Shown in pieces: positions 21,943-32,327 of a stretch of 64,000 bases of DNA. The stretch is from Cyanobacteria bacterium J06626_4 (GTDB lineage Bacteria > Cyanobacteriota > Cyanobacteriia > Phormidesmidales > Phormidesmidaceae), in contig JBCBJQ010000017.1 in the NCBI GenBank assembly GCA_038523235.1, positions 21,637 to 85,636 on the forward strand. Reading direction: 5' to 3'. A program made the translations under genes and the position numbers. Under the pieces are notes generated by a model. The model searched no databases, was not told the DNA's origin, and saw only the letters and a program-made list of their open reading frames with translations. Position 1 is the first letter of the stretch. Each line of letters begins with the position of its first letter.

Positions 21943-23715
21943 TTATAGCAGCACTTCTTCCAACTGATGCTGTTCCCACAGTTTTTGATACAGGCCCGCT
22001 TGCCGCACCAGTTCTTGATGGGTGCCGATTTGCACGATGCGGCCCTGATCCATCACCATGATGCGATCGGACAGCGCCGCGACCCCCATCTGATGCGAGA
22101 TAAACATCACTGTTTGATTTTGCGTGCCGGTCTTGAGATTATTCAAAATATCGGTGGCGGTCTGATTATCGACACTCGATAGGGCATCATCTAGCACCAC
22201 CACGGGAGCTTCAATCATCAGGGCGCGCGCTAAAGCCGATCGCTGTCGCTGTCCCCCCGAGAGGGTGATGCCGCGTTCGCCCACGACGGTATCGTACTGC
22301 TTGGGGAAGTTACCAATCTCCGGAGCAATTTGGGCGAGCTTGGCCGCATACTGCACTTCCGGTAGCTCAGCCAGCGGTTCCCCGTAGCGGATGTTGTTGT
22401 TGATCGTCGTGCTGAACAGAAAGCTCTCTTGAGGGACGTAGGCAATCGCGCTGCGTAAATCAACGAGGGGCAGCTGGGTAATATCTTGGCCGTCTAAAAA
22501 GAGTTGGCCTGGGGCAATATCTAGCAGACGCGGCAGAGCATTCGCTAGCGTTGATTTACCGGCGCCAATCGGTCCCACAATCGCCACCGTTTCGCCAGGA
22601 TACGCGGTAAAAGACACCCCATTCAGCGCGGGTTCCCGGCTGTCAGGATAGGTGAACATCAGGTTGCGGGCCTCGAGCTGGCCGCGGATGGCCTCCCCAG
22701 GTAACGCCTGTAAGGTGGGCGCATCGGCGATCTTGGGTTCGCTCATGAGAATGGCTTCGACCCGGTCAATACTGACCTCGCCCCGCTGATAGGCGGTAAT
22801 GGTGAAGCCCAGCAGCGCCGTCGGAAACACCAGCCGCTCAACATAGAGCACCATCGCCACAAAATCACCGACTGAGAGGAAACCATCCGCGATCGCTCCG
22901 GCTCCCGTCGCCAAAATCAGCAGCAGGCTGATACTCGCTAAGCCCCCCAGCAAAGGAAATAGGGTGTTGCGGGTACGTGCTAGCGTCAGATTGGCATCGA
23001 GCAAATCGTCGTTCAGCTCAGCAAAAGCCTGCCGCTCGTTGTCTTCTTGGGCGTAGATTTTGATCAGCGAGATCCCACTGAGGTCTTCTTGAATCAGCTC
23101 GCTCAGCCGGGAGGTTGATTCCTGCACCCGCAGTTGTTGATTGCGCAGGCGATCGCTAAACAGCCGCACGAGCACCAACATGACCGGATACACCAACAGT
23201 GCCACGACGGTCAACCGCACGCTGAGTGACAGCATCACCGGCACCGTAAAGGCATAGGCAAACAGCGTGTTCGCAATACTCAACACGGCAAAGCCTAGCA
23301 GTCGCCGAATGTTGTCAACATCACTGGTGGCCCGGCTAATCAGTTCGCCAATCGTGTTGGTGGCAAAGTAGCTGGGCTCCATCGTCAGCAGATGCTGAAA
23401 AATGCGCTGCTTCAGGTCAAACTCTACCTGTCGCCCCACCCCAAACAGGAAAATGCGCGACGCCATGCGCAGAATCCACATGACTGACGCCAGCACGAGC
23501 ACCACGAGAGAATATTGGGCGATCCGGTCAAAGCCAAACGCCACCTGCAGCTCATCAATCCCATCCCGAATCAGGAGCGGAATCCGCGCGCCTAAAAGGT
23601 TGACCACCAGCAACGCGATAATGCCGAACGCACACTGCCGCCAGTGCGGCTGCATGTATTGTCCTAGTTTTTTGAGATGCCAGTTTTTCTGTGCCGGGTT
23701 GCTTGAACGCGCCAT
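21943..23715 (-). CDS. ABC exporter, fused permease/ATPase (MdlA/MsbA-like)
   Basis: N-terminal TM helices, GPIGAGKS, LSGGQRQR, LDDALSSVD. Confidence 0.95.
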   Translation of the reverse strand: MARSSNPAQKNWHLKKLGQYMQPHWRQCAFGIIALLVVNLLGARIPLLIRDGIDELQVAFGFDRIAQYSLVVLVLASVMWILRMASRIFLFGVGRQVEFDLKQRIFQHLLTMEPSYFATNTIGELISRATSDVDNIRRLLGFAVLSIANTLFAYAFTVPVMLSLSVRLTVVALLVYPVMLVLVRLFSDRLRNQQLRVQESTSRLSELIQEDLSGISLIKIYAQEDNERQAFAELNDDLLDANLTLARTRNTLFPLLGGLASISLLLILATGAGAIADGFLSVGDFVAMVLYVERLVFPTALLGFTITAYQRGEVSIDRVEAILMSEPKIADAPTLQALPGEAIRGQLEARNLMFTYPDSREPALNGVSFTAYPGETVAIVGPIGAGKSTLANALPRLLDIAPGQLFLDGQDITQLPLVDLRSAIAYVPQESFLFSTTINNNIRYGEPLAELPEVQYAAKLAQIAPEIGNFPKQYDTVVGERGITLSGGQRQRSALARALMIEAPVVVLDDALSSVDNQTATDILNNLKTGTQNQTVMFISHQMGVAALSDRIMVMDQGRIVQIGTHQELVRQAGLYQKLWEQHQLEEVLL

Positions 23716-23842
23716 GCTGTTGCCAAATCTTCAGCCCCTCCCATCCTAGACGACGCGACGTCACTCCTGTTCTGTCGTTCTGGTTAATGACGCAGTACCG
23801 ATTTGAGCGGGCAGGAGGTACACAAATTCTCGAAAAACGGAG

Positions 23843-24142
23843 CTACTGCGCCGCAAAATCAGCTTGCCTCACCTGTTCCCACAGTGCTTGTATTTGATCC
23901 GCAGAGAAGACACTGCTACTCGCCGCCTCGGTCAAGGCGGCTAATCTGCTCCACGCAAAGGTGTGTGCGACACGAACGAGGTCGTCATCGGGAAAAGCCG
24001 GATGCACCCAGATCACCAGCTGGCTAGCTGGGATGCCGTCTGAGACTAAGTCGAAGGTCACTCTGTGATACGGTTCTGAGAAATCTTCTCGGACCACAGA
24101 CCGTTCAATCGCTGCGATTTGTATCGTGCTGGGATCACGCAT
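23843..24142 (-). CDS. Small hypothetical protein
   Basis: 99-aa ATG ORF with protein-like composition, co-oriented between two genes. Confidence 0.55.
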   Translation of the reverse strand: MRDPSTIQIAAIERSVVREDFSEPYHRVTFDLVSDGIPASQLVIWVHPAFPDDDLVRVAHTFAWSRLAALTEAASSSVFSADQIQALWEQVRQADFAAQ

Positions 24143-24301
24143 GACAAGAAACTTCTGTGGTCAAGACCTGCATGGCCATTGCTGGCTAGTCTAGCAGTGG
24201 TTTTTACGGCAGCATTCTGCTCTTGGTGTGAATGCCGATGCCCAGAACCCATCACAAAAAGCTTTAATTCGCTCAAACATCGTTATCTGAACACTGCTGT
24301 T

Positions 24302-25447
24302 TTACTGGGGCACTAGCTCGACGATTTCGCTCCATTGAGAGTCAATCTCGGGTAGCCAGCCCCGCAGAAAATAGCCGATCAGAGCGGTCGTTTCTTCGAC
24401 GTAGGCGGTGGTTAACCGGAGCGCTTCGACATTCGGCACCAGGTCAGACAGCAGCGCCAACGTATCGTCAGTCGAAAATTCGCTGCCATAGAAGTTAGTC
24501 GGCCAGGCCACAACCTGGAGGTTCCCTTCTTCAAAGGTGAGGGCGGCGCGGCGCATCGTCAATGCTGGTGCCACGATCGCCACGCGATTAGAATTCAGCT
24601 GACGGGTTCCCTCGCCATCGAGCTGACCTCGCTCCTCTAGCAGATCCTGGGCATCCTTCATGGCCTCGCGGGCGTTGAGCCCATTGCGATTGACGCTGAT
24701 CACAGGGTCGGGCACACCGTTGTTTATCAGCACTTGACGGAGGACTTGTTCTTTTTGCGTGCGGCGTTCTGAGTTGCCGACCACCGGCCCCGCCGTCACC
24801 ATGACAAAGGGGTCGCCACCCGCTTGCCGCACCCGGCCATACAGCCGCGAGGCACTGTCTAAGCGCGAGAGCAGAATGGGGCTCAAGCTCGCTGCCGGAC
24901 TGGGAGTCATCGTATTTTCTACCCGGCTAGAGAGCTCTGCTGGGGTGCGGACGGCGTCCATATTATCGCCCAACACCACGAGCCCCACAATCTGGCCCAG
25001 CGGGGCCGCTTCGGGCACGTCGGCAGGGCAAACATCCTGACAAATGCCCTGCTGTTCAGCATAGGCTCGCTGCACTGATTGCTCAGCCTGATTCACGAGT
25101 ACCCGTGCCACTAGGGGCAGACTTGACATCACTAAAATCACGAAAGCGATCGCCACCCACTGACCATTGATTTTCTTAAAGCCGTTTTCGAAGGAGACGT
25201 CTCTAAACGAGAAGAGCAAGATCGTAATCGTTGCCCCCAAAGGGCTTAACGGAAAAGAAATGATGCGCCGAATCGCACTAATAGTGGGATCACCGGTAAA
25301 GGCAAAGGACAGGAAAATTAGAGCCAAAATGATGGCCCCCCCAAATACCGTGAGGAAGTTTTTGGGAATGATTTTGTTGATGAAATACCAAATCAGCAGC
25401 CCAAAAGCGGCCCAAACAAGAATGCGGGTAAGCAGATTTAAAACCAT
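24302..25447 (-). CDS. YdcF/DUF218 (ElyC/SanA-like) membrane protein
   Basis: Several N-terminal TM helices then LVVLG, SRLDSASRLY, IVAPALTMRRAALTF, PTNF, LVPNVEAL; ATG 25447 preferred. Confidence 0.8.
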   Translation of the reverse strand: MVLNLLTRILVWAAFGLLIWYFINKIIPKNFLTVFGGAIILALIFLSFAFTGDPTISAIRRIISFPLSPLGATITILLFSFRDVSFENGFKKINGQWVAIAFVILVMSSLPLVARVLVNQAEQSVQRAYAEQQGICQDVCPADVPEAAPLGQIVGLVVLGDNMDAVRTPAELSSRVENTMTPSPAASLSPILLSRLDSASRLYGRVRQAGGDPFVMVTAGPVVGNSERRTQKEQVLRQVLINNGVPDPVISVNRNGLNAREAMKDAQDLLEERGQLDGEGTRQLNSNRVAIVAPALTMRRAALTFEEGNLQVVAWPTNFYGSEFSTDDTLALLSDLVPNVEALRLTTAYVEETTALIGYFLRGWLPEIDSQWSEIVELVPQ

Positions 25448-25631
25448 GCTGCTGCGGGGGGCGAGGGGGCGAGGTGCAGAGACCGGCCCGAGGGGCCATC
25501 GCAAGCGGGCATAACGCTAGATGTTCGCTAGGTTCATCGAGCAGCCCACCCTGCAACAGGCATGATACATGCGTTCAGCCTTTCTGGCACGCCGCTATTG
25601 AGTGACTTCAGCAGGATTTTGCTTATCGAGG

Positions 25632-26261
25632 TCAGGGCAAAACGACAACGGCTGTGCCCAGTGCAATCAGGTCATACAGTTCAATCACGTCCGCGTTCCG
25701 CATGCGCACACACCCATGGGAAACGGCCTCCCCGATCAGGTGTTCATCAGGGGTGCCGTGAAAGCCAATGGCATTGGTGCCATCCGTCCAAAAGCCAATC
25801 CATCTAGCCCCGAGCGGATTGTCGGGGCCGGGGGCAACCACTTCTCCGGTGAAAGGATGCTCCCAGGCGGGATGCTGCTGCTGCTGAAAAACGGTGAAGG
25901 CTCCCGTCGGGGTTTCCCATTCATCACGCCCGATCGCGACGTCATAGGCGACGATTTCGCGATCGCCGTGATAGCCATAGAGACGCCGTTCCGAAAGCCG
26001 GAGTACCAGTCGCGAGACCCGCTGGGGAGCCTGAGGCAAAAATAACGCGGGGTCGCGGACGATATCGTTGTTTGGGAGGGGGGCGATCGCCGCCATGGAA
26101 ACTTCCAGCGGGAGCGGACGGTCAGGCGGCTTCACCGCCGCCGCTTGGGCCTGCCCCAGGCTGAAACTGTCAGCCATCCAGAGACTGATGAAGACACCAG
26201 CCGCAGTGGGCAGCGACAAGCGAACAGGACGGCGACAGCGACTCAGAAACGACACCATCAT
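25632..26261 (-). CDS. L,D-transpeptidase (YkuD family), secreted
   Basis: VAIGRDEWETPTG, NPLGARWIGF, IGFHGT...AVSHGCVRMRN. Confidence 0.93.
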   Translation of the reverse strand: MMVSFLSRCRRPVRLSLPTAAGVFISLWMADSFSLGQAQAAAVKPPDRPLPLEVSMAAIAPLPNNDIVRDPALFLPQAPQRVSRLVLRLSERRLYGYHGDREIVAYDVAIGRDEWETPTGAFTVFQQQQHPAWEHPFTGEVVAPGPDNPLGARWIGFWTDGTNAIGFHGTPDEHLIGEAVSHGCVRMRNADVIELYDLIALGTAVVVLP

Positions 26262-26884
26262 TAGGGCTCAACCACAACAGTCATCCCCATCTTGACATGG
26301 CTGTAGAGCGACAGCACGTCTTCATTGGTGAGGCGCACGCAGCCGTTGGAAGCCGCCTGACCAATGGAAGAGATGGTCGGCGTGCCGTGAAAACCAATAT
26401 CTCCATTCGGGAGAGAGGTAAAGCCAATCCATCGCAACCCCAGCGCACTGTTGGCACCGGGAGCAAACACTTCACCCGTCCAAGGGCTTTGCCAGACCGG
26501 GTTAACCACCATCTGTGTGACGGCAAATTGGCCGATCGGGGTCGGCGTCTCAGGGGTGCCGATCGCCACGGGATAGTTCTCTAAAATCCGCTCGCCGTCA
26601 TAGACGTAAACCCGTCGATCACCCAGCCGCAAGACGACGCGATCCGCCTGTGGAATCGCTGCGGGTAAATGATCAGATCGCCGCCCCAGACCGTAGACGT
26701 TGTTATCGGCAGGCAGCGATCGTTCAGGTGTGTAATCAAGTTCCAGGCGGACAGCATCAGTCACGACATTACCAGTCTGACCATTGGCCCAGACTGGTAA
26801 TGTCAACCCGATTAACAGTAACGCTACCAGTCCTGCCGTTCGCCAAAGCCGGGCCATTGTCTGACGCCCTGTCCGCTGGTTCAT
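26261..26884 (-). CDS. L,D-transpeptidase (YkuD family), secreted
   Basis: Signal peptide, YPVAIG..TPTP.G, IGFHGT...AASNGCVRLTN; its stop overlaps the next start codon. Confidence 0.92.
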   Translation of the reverse strand: MNQRTGRQTMARLWRTAGLVALLLIGLTLPVWANGQTGNVVTDAVRLELDYTPERSLPADNNVYGLGRRSDHLPAAIPQADRVVLRLGDRRVYVYDGERILENYPVAIGTPETPTPIGQFAVTQMVVNPVWQSPWTGEVFAPGANSALGLRWIGFTSLPNGDIGFHGTPTISSIGQAASNGCVRLTNEDVLSLYSHVKMGMTVVVEP

Positions 26885-26919
26885 GGGTACAACACATGCA
26901 TTACAGAATCGTCGCTATC

Positions 26920-27615
26920 TTACCAAAGACCGCGAACGGGCTCAGCTGGCGCAGGCTCAACCGGAGCAGGCTCAGCCGGAGCGGGTTCAGCCGGAGTAGG
27001 CTCAGGCTCTTCGACTTCTTCGGCGGCTGCCAGACGTGCGCCTAGTTCCTCAGCCACATCATCAGGCACCAAGACGGCATCCAGCACGTGAATGACGCCG
27101 TTGCTGGCAGGCACATCAGCCGCAACCACCATGGCGTCATCAGCCATAATCATGTCATTATCAGCGGTCACCATGACGTCGTCACCGTTCAAGGTGGGGA
27201 CGGGGCCGGTGGTAATGTCGGCAGACGGTACTTCACCCGGAATCACGTGATAGGTGAGGATTTCGGTGAGCAAATCTTCGTTTTCGGGCAGCAGTAGGGC
27301 ATCGAGCACGCCATCAGGCAGGGCCGCAAAGGCATCGTTAGTGGGGGCTAATACGGTAAAAGGCCCTTCACTTTTGAGGGCATCAACCAACCCAGCCGCC
27401 TCAACTGCAGCGACTAAAGTGCTGAAGTCCTCGACTGAGCTGGCCACATCGACGATATCACCTGCCCCTTGGGCTGTTTCTTCAACTGCTTCCATCGCTT
27501 CCCCCTCAACCGCATCCGTGGCGGCGTGGTGATCAGCGATGGCCGGTAGCGTGACCCCGAGACTCAGAACGCTGGCTAAAGCCAAAGCCTTCACAGAAAA
27601 AAGTTGAGTGTTCAT
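26920..27615 (-). CDS. Fasciclin (FAS1) domain protein with signal peptide, Pro/Glu/Ala linker and C-terminal PVRGLW
   Basis: FSTLVAAVEAAGL, GPFTVLAPTNDAF, ILTYHV, ASNGVIHVLDAVL. Confidence 0.93.
   Translation of the reverse strand: MNTQLFSVKALALASVLSLGVTLPAIADHHAATDAVEGEAMEAVEETAQGAGDIVDVASSVEDFSTLVAAVEAAGLVDALKSEGPFTVLAPTNDAFAALPDGVLDALLLPENEDLLTEILTYHVIPGEVPSADITTGPVPTLNGDDVMVTADNDMIMADDAMVVAADVPASNGVIHVLDAVLVPDDVAEELGARLAAAEEVEEPEPTPAEPAPAEPAPVEPAPAEPVRGLW
26938..26997 (-). repeat. Four 15-bp tandem units encoding the (T/A)P(A/V)EP linker
   Basis: gggctcagctggcgc / aggctcaaccggagc / aggctcagccggagc / gggttcagccggagt. Confidence 0.85.
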
Positions 27616-27832
27616 AAAATCCTTACGTAAAGTTGTGTAACTTAAGGTCGGTTTAATCTTACTGGCAACGGGATGCTCTGGCTAGGGCTTCCTATCATGT
27701 CATGCCCCCATCCCATGGGATCATCGTCCCTGTGCCCGCTCCATACAATTCGCTAGGGGTGAAATTCGTATCGGCAAATGACATGAAGTCACTAACCGAT
27801 TAAAGTTCCTGACAACAGGTTAAGCAATTTAG

Positions 27833-28303
27833 TCATTTTGTTTGGCGGTGAACCGTGCGCACGATGAGATAGCTGACCGATAAGGCGAATATCGCGATCG
27901 CTAGGCCGATGAGACTGACGCCGGGGACTGTTTCTAAATCAAGAATTATGAGCTTGCGCCCGACGGCAGTTAATGCGGTGGCGATGACGAGTTCCACCTG
28001 TACAACGTGCTTACGAATGTAGGCAGTAATGTTCTCTAAAATTTCTAGCGCAATCAGTACGCTCAAAAAGAGACCAAAAATATCTGTCAGGGTGGTCTTA
28101 AAGAACCCAATATCGTCTGAAACAAACAGAGATCGATAGAGTACCAAGGCTAAATCTAAGGTCGTTACTAGAATGACCACCACCATCGCGATCGAGAGGA
28201 TTTTGGACACTGTGCTCTCGATCTGCCCCAACCGTTTCAGAAAGACGTCATCTTTCAGATTGTGAGCCAAGCTGCTTAATGGAAACCTGCGGGGGCGCGC
28301 CAT
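27833..28303 (-). CDS. Phosphate-starvation-inducible PsiE family membrane protein
   Basis: Four TM helices; FGLFLSVLIALEILENITAY, LVIATALTAVGRKLIILD. Confidence 0.85.
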   Translation of the reverse strand: MARPRRFPLSSLAHNLKDDVFLKRLGQIESTVSKILSIAMVVVILVTTLDLALVLYRSLFVSDDIGFFKTTLTDIFGLFLSVLIALEILENITAYIRKHVVQVELVIATALTAVGRKLIILDLETVPGVSLIGLAIAIFALSVSYLIVRTVHRQTK

Positions 28304-28683
28304 GTTGCCTTGGGTGATGCTATCCCTGTGAGCATAGAAGATGCCCCTCCCTTTGGTAAAGCCTCCGTTCTAGGTCTGTGGATGCTGGCCGACCGATCAG
28401 TGTGAGGGATGTGCTGACAAAACAGCTCGCCAGTTGAAGGGGGTGATTGATCTGGGTGACCGTGCGACTTGTCCCCAGCTTGGATCAGGAGAAGACCTGA
28501 CGGTTGCTACCGATCCAGATGTTTTCCAGAAAGTCGCTCTTGTGCCTAGGCCGGTATCGATTTTCGTAACTTGCCCTGCTCGTCAATCAAGAGTCCTTAG
28601 TATCAAAAGTCGGAGGTGACTCGGGCCGACCAGTCTGACACCTCAATTAATTAATTACATTCATTTGCTGGGAGGCGACACAC

Positions 28684-29517
28684 TTGCACAAAACATTGAC
28701 CCATGGGCTTGGTGCCACACTCGCGATCGCTAGTTTGCTCGGCGGTGCCTTGAGCGCGATCGCTGAATCTTCTTCGTCTGATATCGAGGCGTCTGCTCCC
28801 ATTGAAGAAACTCTCATGCCGCATCCTCTAGAGCAACCCTGGCAATTTGTGAGCTATCAGGCTGCTGACGGCACCAAAGTAGAAGTTGTGGGCGATCGCC
28901 CGGCCACCTTAGAATTTCAATCCGGACGCTTATCAGGCTCCACTGGCTGCAACCGATTTTTCAGTGACTATGAGTTGACTGGCGACAGCCTCTCCGTCAG
29001 CAGTGGTGGCACCACCTTGATGGGATGTTCTGAAGCCCTGATGCAACAAGAGACGGCCATTTTGTCAGGTTTACCGCAAATCGCCACTTACACCCAGTCA
29101 GCGAATCAGCTGATTTTGCTGGATGACGCGGGCACCCCGCTCTTTACGCTGATGATGCCAGCAGCTCAGTTCACCCAGACCAAATGGACGCTGGTGGCTT
29201 ACCACAATGGTCGCGGTCTCGTGACGCCGCTGGCCGACACTCAAATCATCGCTGCCTTCAATCCCGAGACAGGGCTCACCGGCTCGGCTGGCTGCAACAC
29301 CTATCAGGCGACCTACGAACAAATCGATAATGCCGTCACAATTGGCATGACTGCCAGCACTCGCCGCCTCTGTGGTCAACCTAACGGCGTCATGCAGCAA
29401 GAAGCGGCTTTCCTCGCGCTGCTGCCGGCGGTCGCGACCTATGCTCTATCGCCTGACCAACTGGACTTAAAAAATGCTGCAGGTGTCACCATTGCCCAGT
29501 TCTTGCCCGCAATGTGA
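28684..29517 (+). CDS. Secreted protein with two META (HslJ-like) domains
   Basis: GGAGG RBS before a TTG start; GSTGCNRF..TTLMGC..LMQQE and GSAGCNTY..STRRLC..VMQQE. Confidence 0.88.
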   Translation: MHKTLTHGLGATLAIASLLGGALSAIAESSSSDIEASAPIEETLMPHPLEQPWQFVSYQAADGTKVEVVGDRPATLEFQSGRLSGSTGCNRFFSDYELTGDSLSVSSGGTTLMGCSEALMQQETAILSGLPQIATYTQSANQLILLDDAGTPLFTLMMPAAQFTQTKWTLVAYHNGRGLVTPLADTQIIAAFNPETGLTGSAGCNTYQATYEQIDNAVTIGMTASTRRLCGQPNGVMQQEAAFLALLPAVATYALSPDQLDLKNAAGVTIAQFLPAM

Positions 29518-29712
29518 TGACTGCGGCAATACCGTTGCACTGTGAGTGGCCTGCCCAGATGACGGAAAAACATCAGGGTACTGATCAGTTGAGAGACCAC
29601 ATTCGTTGTTGGGCCTTGGCAAAGCCGCCTCAGACCAAAGGGCGACGAGCACGGGTCGACTATTTACAAACAAGTGAATTCGCGTCATCAGGCATGGTTT
29701 AGTGCCTCATCG

Positions 29713-30741
29713 CTAAGTCAACGAATCAGGCTTGGAGTCTACGGTGGACACTGGGTCTGCTCGAAACTGCCGGGTTAAAGCGGTGGTTAGCACTTCGCGC
29801 TGATTGATCAAATAAATGCTGACAATGGTGAGAGCGACACCACCTGTTTGAATCGGGCTCAACACCTCACCTAAAAATAGATTGCCAAAGAGGAGGGCAA
29901 AGACCGGTGTCAAAAAGGTGAGGGCGCTCAGGCTGGTGAGATTACCCTCAGAAGCCAGGTAGAAAAAGATGCCGTAGGCTAAGGCGCTGCCCAGTATCGT
30001 GGCGTAGGCGATCGCGCCCCATCCTGACAGCCCTATATTGGCCCAGGGCTGCGTTTCATTCACGGCTGAGAGCATCGCTAGGGGCAGGCCCCCAAAAATC
30101 ATGTGCCAGCCGGTGGCCACCACTGGGTCGGCATGTTTAGCGACGTATCGAATTAAAACTGTGCCCACTGCCATCGACAGGGCCGCCATCAGCATCAGCC
30201 ACTCACCCTGGTCAAACAGCAGCCGCAGCAGCGCTAACCCGTCTGCAGGAATTTCCGTCAGCGTGAAGTTGCCTTGAAAGACGCTGATCAACCATTCGTC
30301 GGGCAGGCCCAATAGGCTGATGCCGAGCAGCCCGACGCCCAAACCGAGCCAGCCCAGTGGCCCCACTTGCTCGTGGAAGAGCCATCGGGCGAGCAGCGCC
30401 ACCGCGAGGGGTTGCGAGTCAATCATGACGGAGCCGAGACCAGCCCCTGTGCGCACCAATCCCTGAGCTAAAAATCCTTGAAACAAGGCCCCATCGACTA
30501 ATGCAAACAGGCCAATCCACCACCAGCCTTGGGCAGTGACCTGAAAGCTGCGGCGCAGGGCGATCGCCGCCACCAGCACGATCACACCGGCGGGCAGTAG
30601 GCGCATCGTGGCCAGAAAAAAGGGCGCAGTATCCGGAATCACTCCCTTCATCGCCACCATGGCTGTCCCCCAGAGGAAGAACGGCGCAATCATCAGCGGT
30701 AATCGCAGCAGTGGTGAGCGGACGGGTAAATTGGAGACCAT
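29713..30741 (-). CDS. DMT/EamA-family transporter
   Basis: About 10 TM helices; PFFLWGTAMVAMK, GAGLGSVMIDSQPL, FLTPVFALLFG. Confidence 0.92.
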   Translation of the reverse strand: MVSNLPVRSPLLRLPLMIAPFFLWGTAMVAMKGVIPDTAPFFLATMRLLPAGVIVLVAAIALRRSFQVTAQGWWWIGLFALVDGALFQGFLAQGLVRTGAGLGSVMIDSQPLAVALLARWLFHEQVGPLGWLGLGVGLLGISLLGLPDEWLISVFQGNFTLTEIPADGLALLRLLFDQGEWLMLMAALSMAVGTVLIRYVAKHADPVVATGWHMIFGGLPLAMLSAVNETQPWANIGLSGWGAIAYATILGSALAYGIFFYLASEGNLTSLSALTFLTPVFALLFGNLFLGEVLSPIQTGGVALTIVSIYLINQREVLTTALTRQFRADPVSTVDSKPDSLT

Positions 30742-30959
30742 GCAATATAAGGAAGCGATCGCTCAGCTTAAACGTTAGTTATTTCAATATAAAGAAACCT
30801 GAAGCCCCTAGCTAGCTGAGTCGGCGGTGATCTGCCGGTGTCGCTGTCTCAGCTGTCAGAGTACAATGAGCCTTACGCTCTGGTAATCGGCGGCAATGTA
30901 GACTTGGGTCTCAACTGTGCGGCGGCCAGAGGACTCATTTTATTCAGTAAGCTTCGTCT

Positions 30960-31811
30960 ATGATTTGGCCTTTTAAATCTCGCGCCCAAAAATCGATTGC
31001 CCGGATCGAAGTTGCCGGCGCGATCGCGGGGACAACCCGTAAAAACGTCTTAGAAGCTCTCGATGAAGTGGTGGAGAGAAAGTTTCCGGCGCTGCTGTTG
31101 CGGATTGACAGTCCCGGTGGCACTGTGGGCGACTCGCAAGAAATCTACAACGCTCTACTGCGACTGCAAGATAAAAAAATTCCTGTCGTAGCGAGCTTTG
31201 GCAATATTTCGGCGTCGGGTGGGGTTTACATTGCCATGGGAGCGCAGCACATTGTCTCTAACCCCGGCACGATCACGGGCAGCATTGGCGTCATTTTGCG
31301 CGGCAATAATTTAGAACAACTGCTTGATCGCGTGGGGGTTTCGTTCAAAGTCATTAAGTCTGGCCCCTACAAAGACATTTTGGCCTTTGACCGCGAGCTG
31401 ACCGAGGCTGAGCAAACTATCCTGCAAGAACTCATTGATGTTAGCTATGGCCAGTTTGTGAAAACTGTCGCTCAAGCCCGTGGCCTCACTGAAGAAACCG
31501 TGCGGAGCTTTGCCGATGGTCGCATTTTTACCGGCGAACAGGCGCTGACGCTCGGCGTCGTGGATCGGTTAGGCACCGAAGAGGACGCCCGGCGCTGGGC
31601 TGCAGAGCTGGCAGACCTCGATCCAGAGGAAGCCGAAGTCCTAAAAATTGAGCCTAAAAAGAGCGGCATTCAACGCTTTGTGCCCGGTCGTAATCAGTCT
31701 GTCTGGTCACAGATTTTTCCGGAAGCCGCCGCTAATCTACAGACGGTGACGAACTGGCTAGAGTTTGAAATCAGCACGTCTGGGTTGCCTTTGTGGCTGT
31801 ATCGTCCCTAG
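30960..31811 (+). CDS. sppA: Signal peptide peptidase SppA (S49, short form)
   Basis: RIDSPGG, SASGGVY, TGSIGV, KSGPYKD, DGRIFTGEQA. Confidence 0.94.
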   Translation: MIWPFKSRAQKSIARIEVAGAIAGTTRKNVLEALDEVVERKFPALLLRIDSPGGTVGDSQEIYNALLRLQDKKIPVVASFGNISASGGVYIAMGAQHIVSNPGTITGSIGVILRGNNLEQLLDRVGVSFKVIKSGPYKDILAFDRELTEAEQTILQELIDVSYGQFVKTVAQARGLTEETVRSFADGRIFTGEQALTLGVVDRLGTEEDARRWAAELADLDPEEAEVLKIEPKKSGIQRFVPGRNQSVWSQIFPEAAANLQTVTNWLEFEISTSGLPLWLYRP

Positions 31812-31925
31812 TGATCGCTGCCCGAGAGGCTGGAAGGAGGCTGCTAGGATTGACTCTGAGCTTTCAGGCATCAGGCCAATTGGCTGTGAATTTGGATGAG
31901 GTCAGTAAAGTTGGAGGAAGTTAGC

Positions 31926-32327
31926 GTGGAATGGCGCATGCAAGCAGTTCGAGGAGCAACGACTGTCTCCCATAATGATGCTGAGGAAATTGCCGCAGCC
32001 ACCCACGAGCTTCTAGAGGTTCTAGAAACCCGCAACCGCCTCAGTCCCGAACATCTCATCAGTGTGACGTTTTCGGTGACCAAAGATTTGGATGCGCTGT
32101 TCCCGGCTGCCGCCGCTCGCCAGCGACCGGGTTGGGATGCTGTCCCCCTCCTTGATGTGCAGCACATGCACGTGAGAGGCAGCCTACCGCGCTGCATTCG
32201 AGTGCTAATTCACACTCAGGTGCCCGTACTGCACGAAGCTGTCTGTCATGTTTATCTGCGAGAAGCGCAGCAGTTACGTCCTGACTTGGGCGATCGCGCC
32301 GTCTCCGTTTCCTCACAGCGAGAATAG
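31926..32327 (+). CDS. aroH: Chorismate mutase, AroH type
   Basis: AVRGATTV, FSVTKDLDALFPA, GSLPRCIRVLIH, HVYLREAQQLRPDL; GGAGG 8 nt before GTG 31926. Confidence 0.93.
   Translation: MEWRMQAVRGATTVSHNDAEEIAAATHELLEVLETRNRLSPEHLISVTFSVTKDLDALFPAAAARQRPGWDAVPLLDVQHMHVRGSLPRCIRVLIHTQVPVLHEAVCHVYLREAQQLRPDLGDRAVSVSSQRE

Noticed and set aside
26938..27010. 15-bp repeats as a CRISPR-like array
   Set aside because: No spacers; an in-frame coding repeat for a Pro-rich linker.
27817..27824. CTTAACCT (minus strand) as a Pho box near psiE
   Set aside because: Single unit without 11-bp-period repeats, and it lies downstream of psiE.
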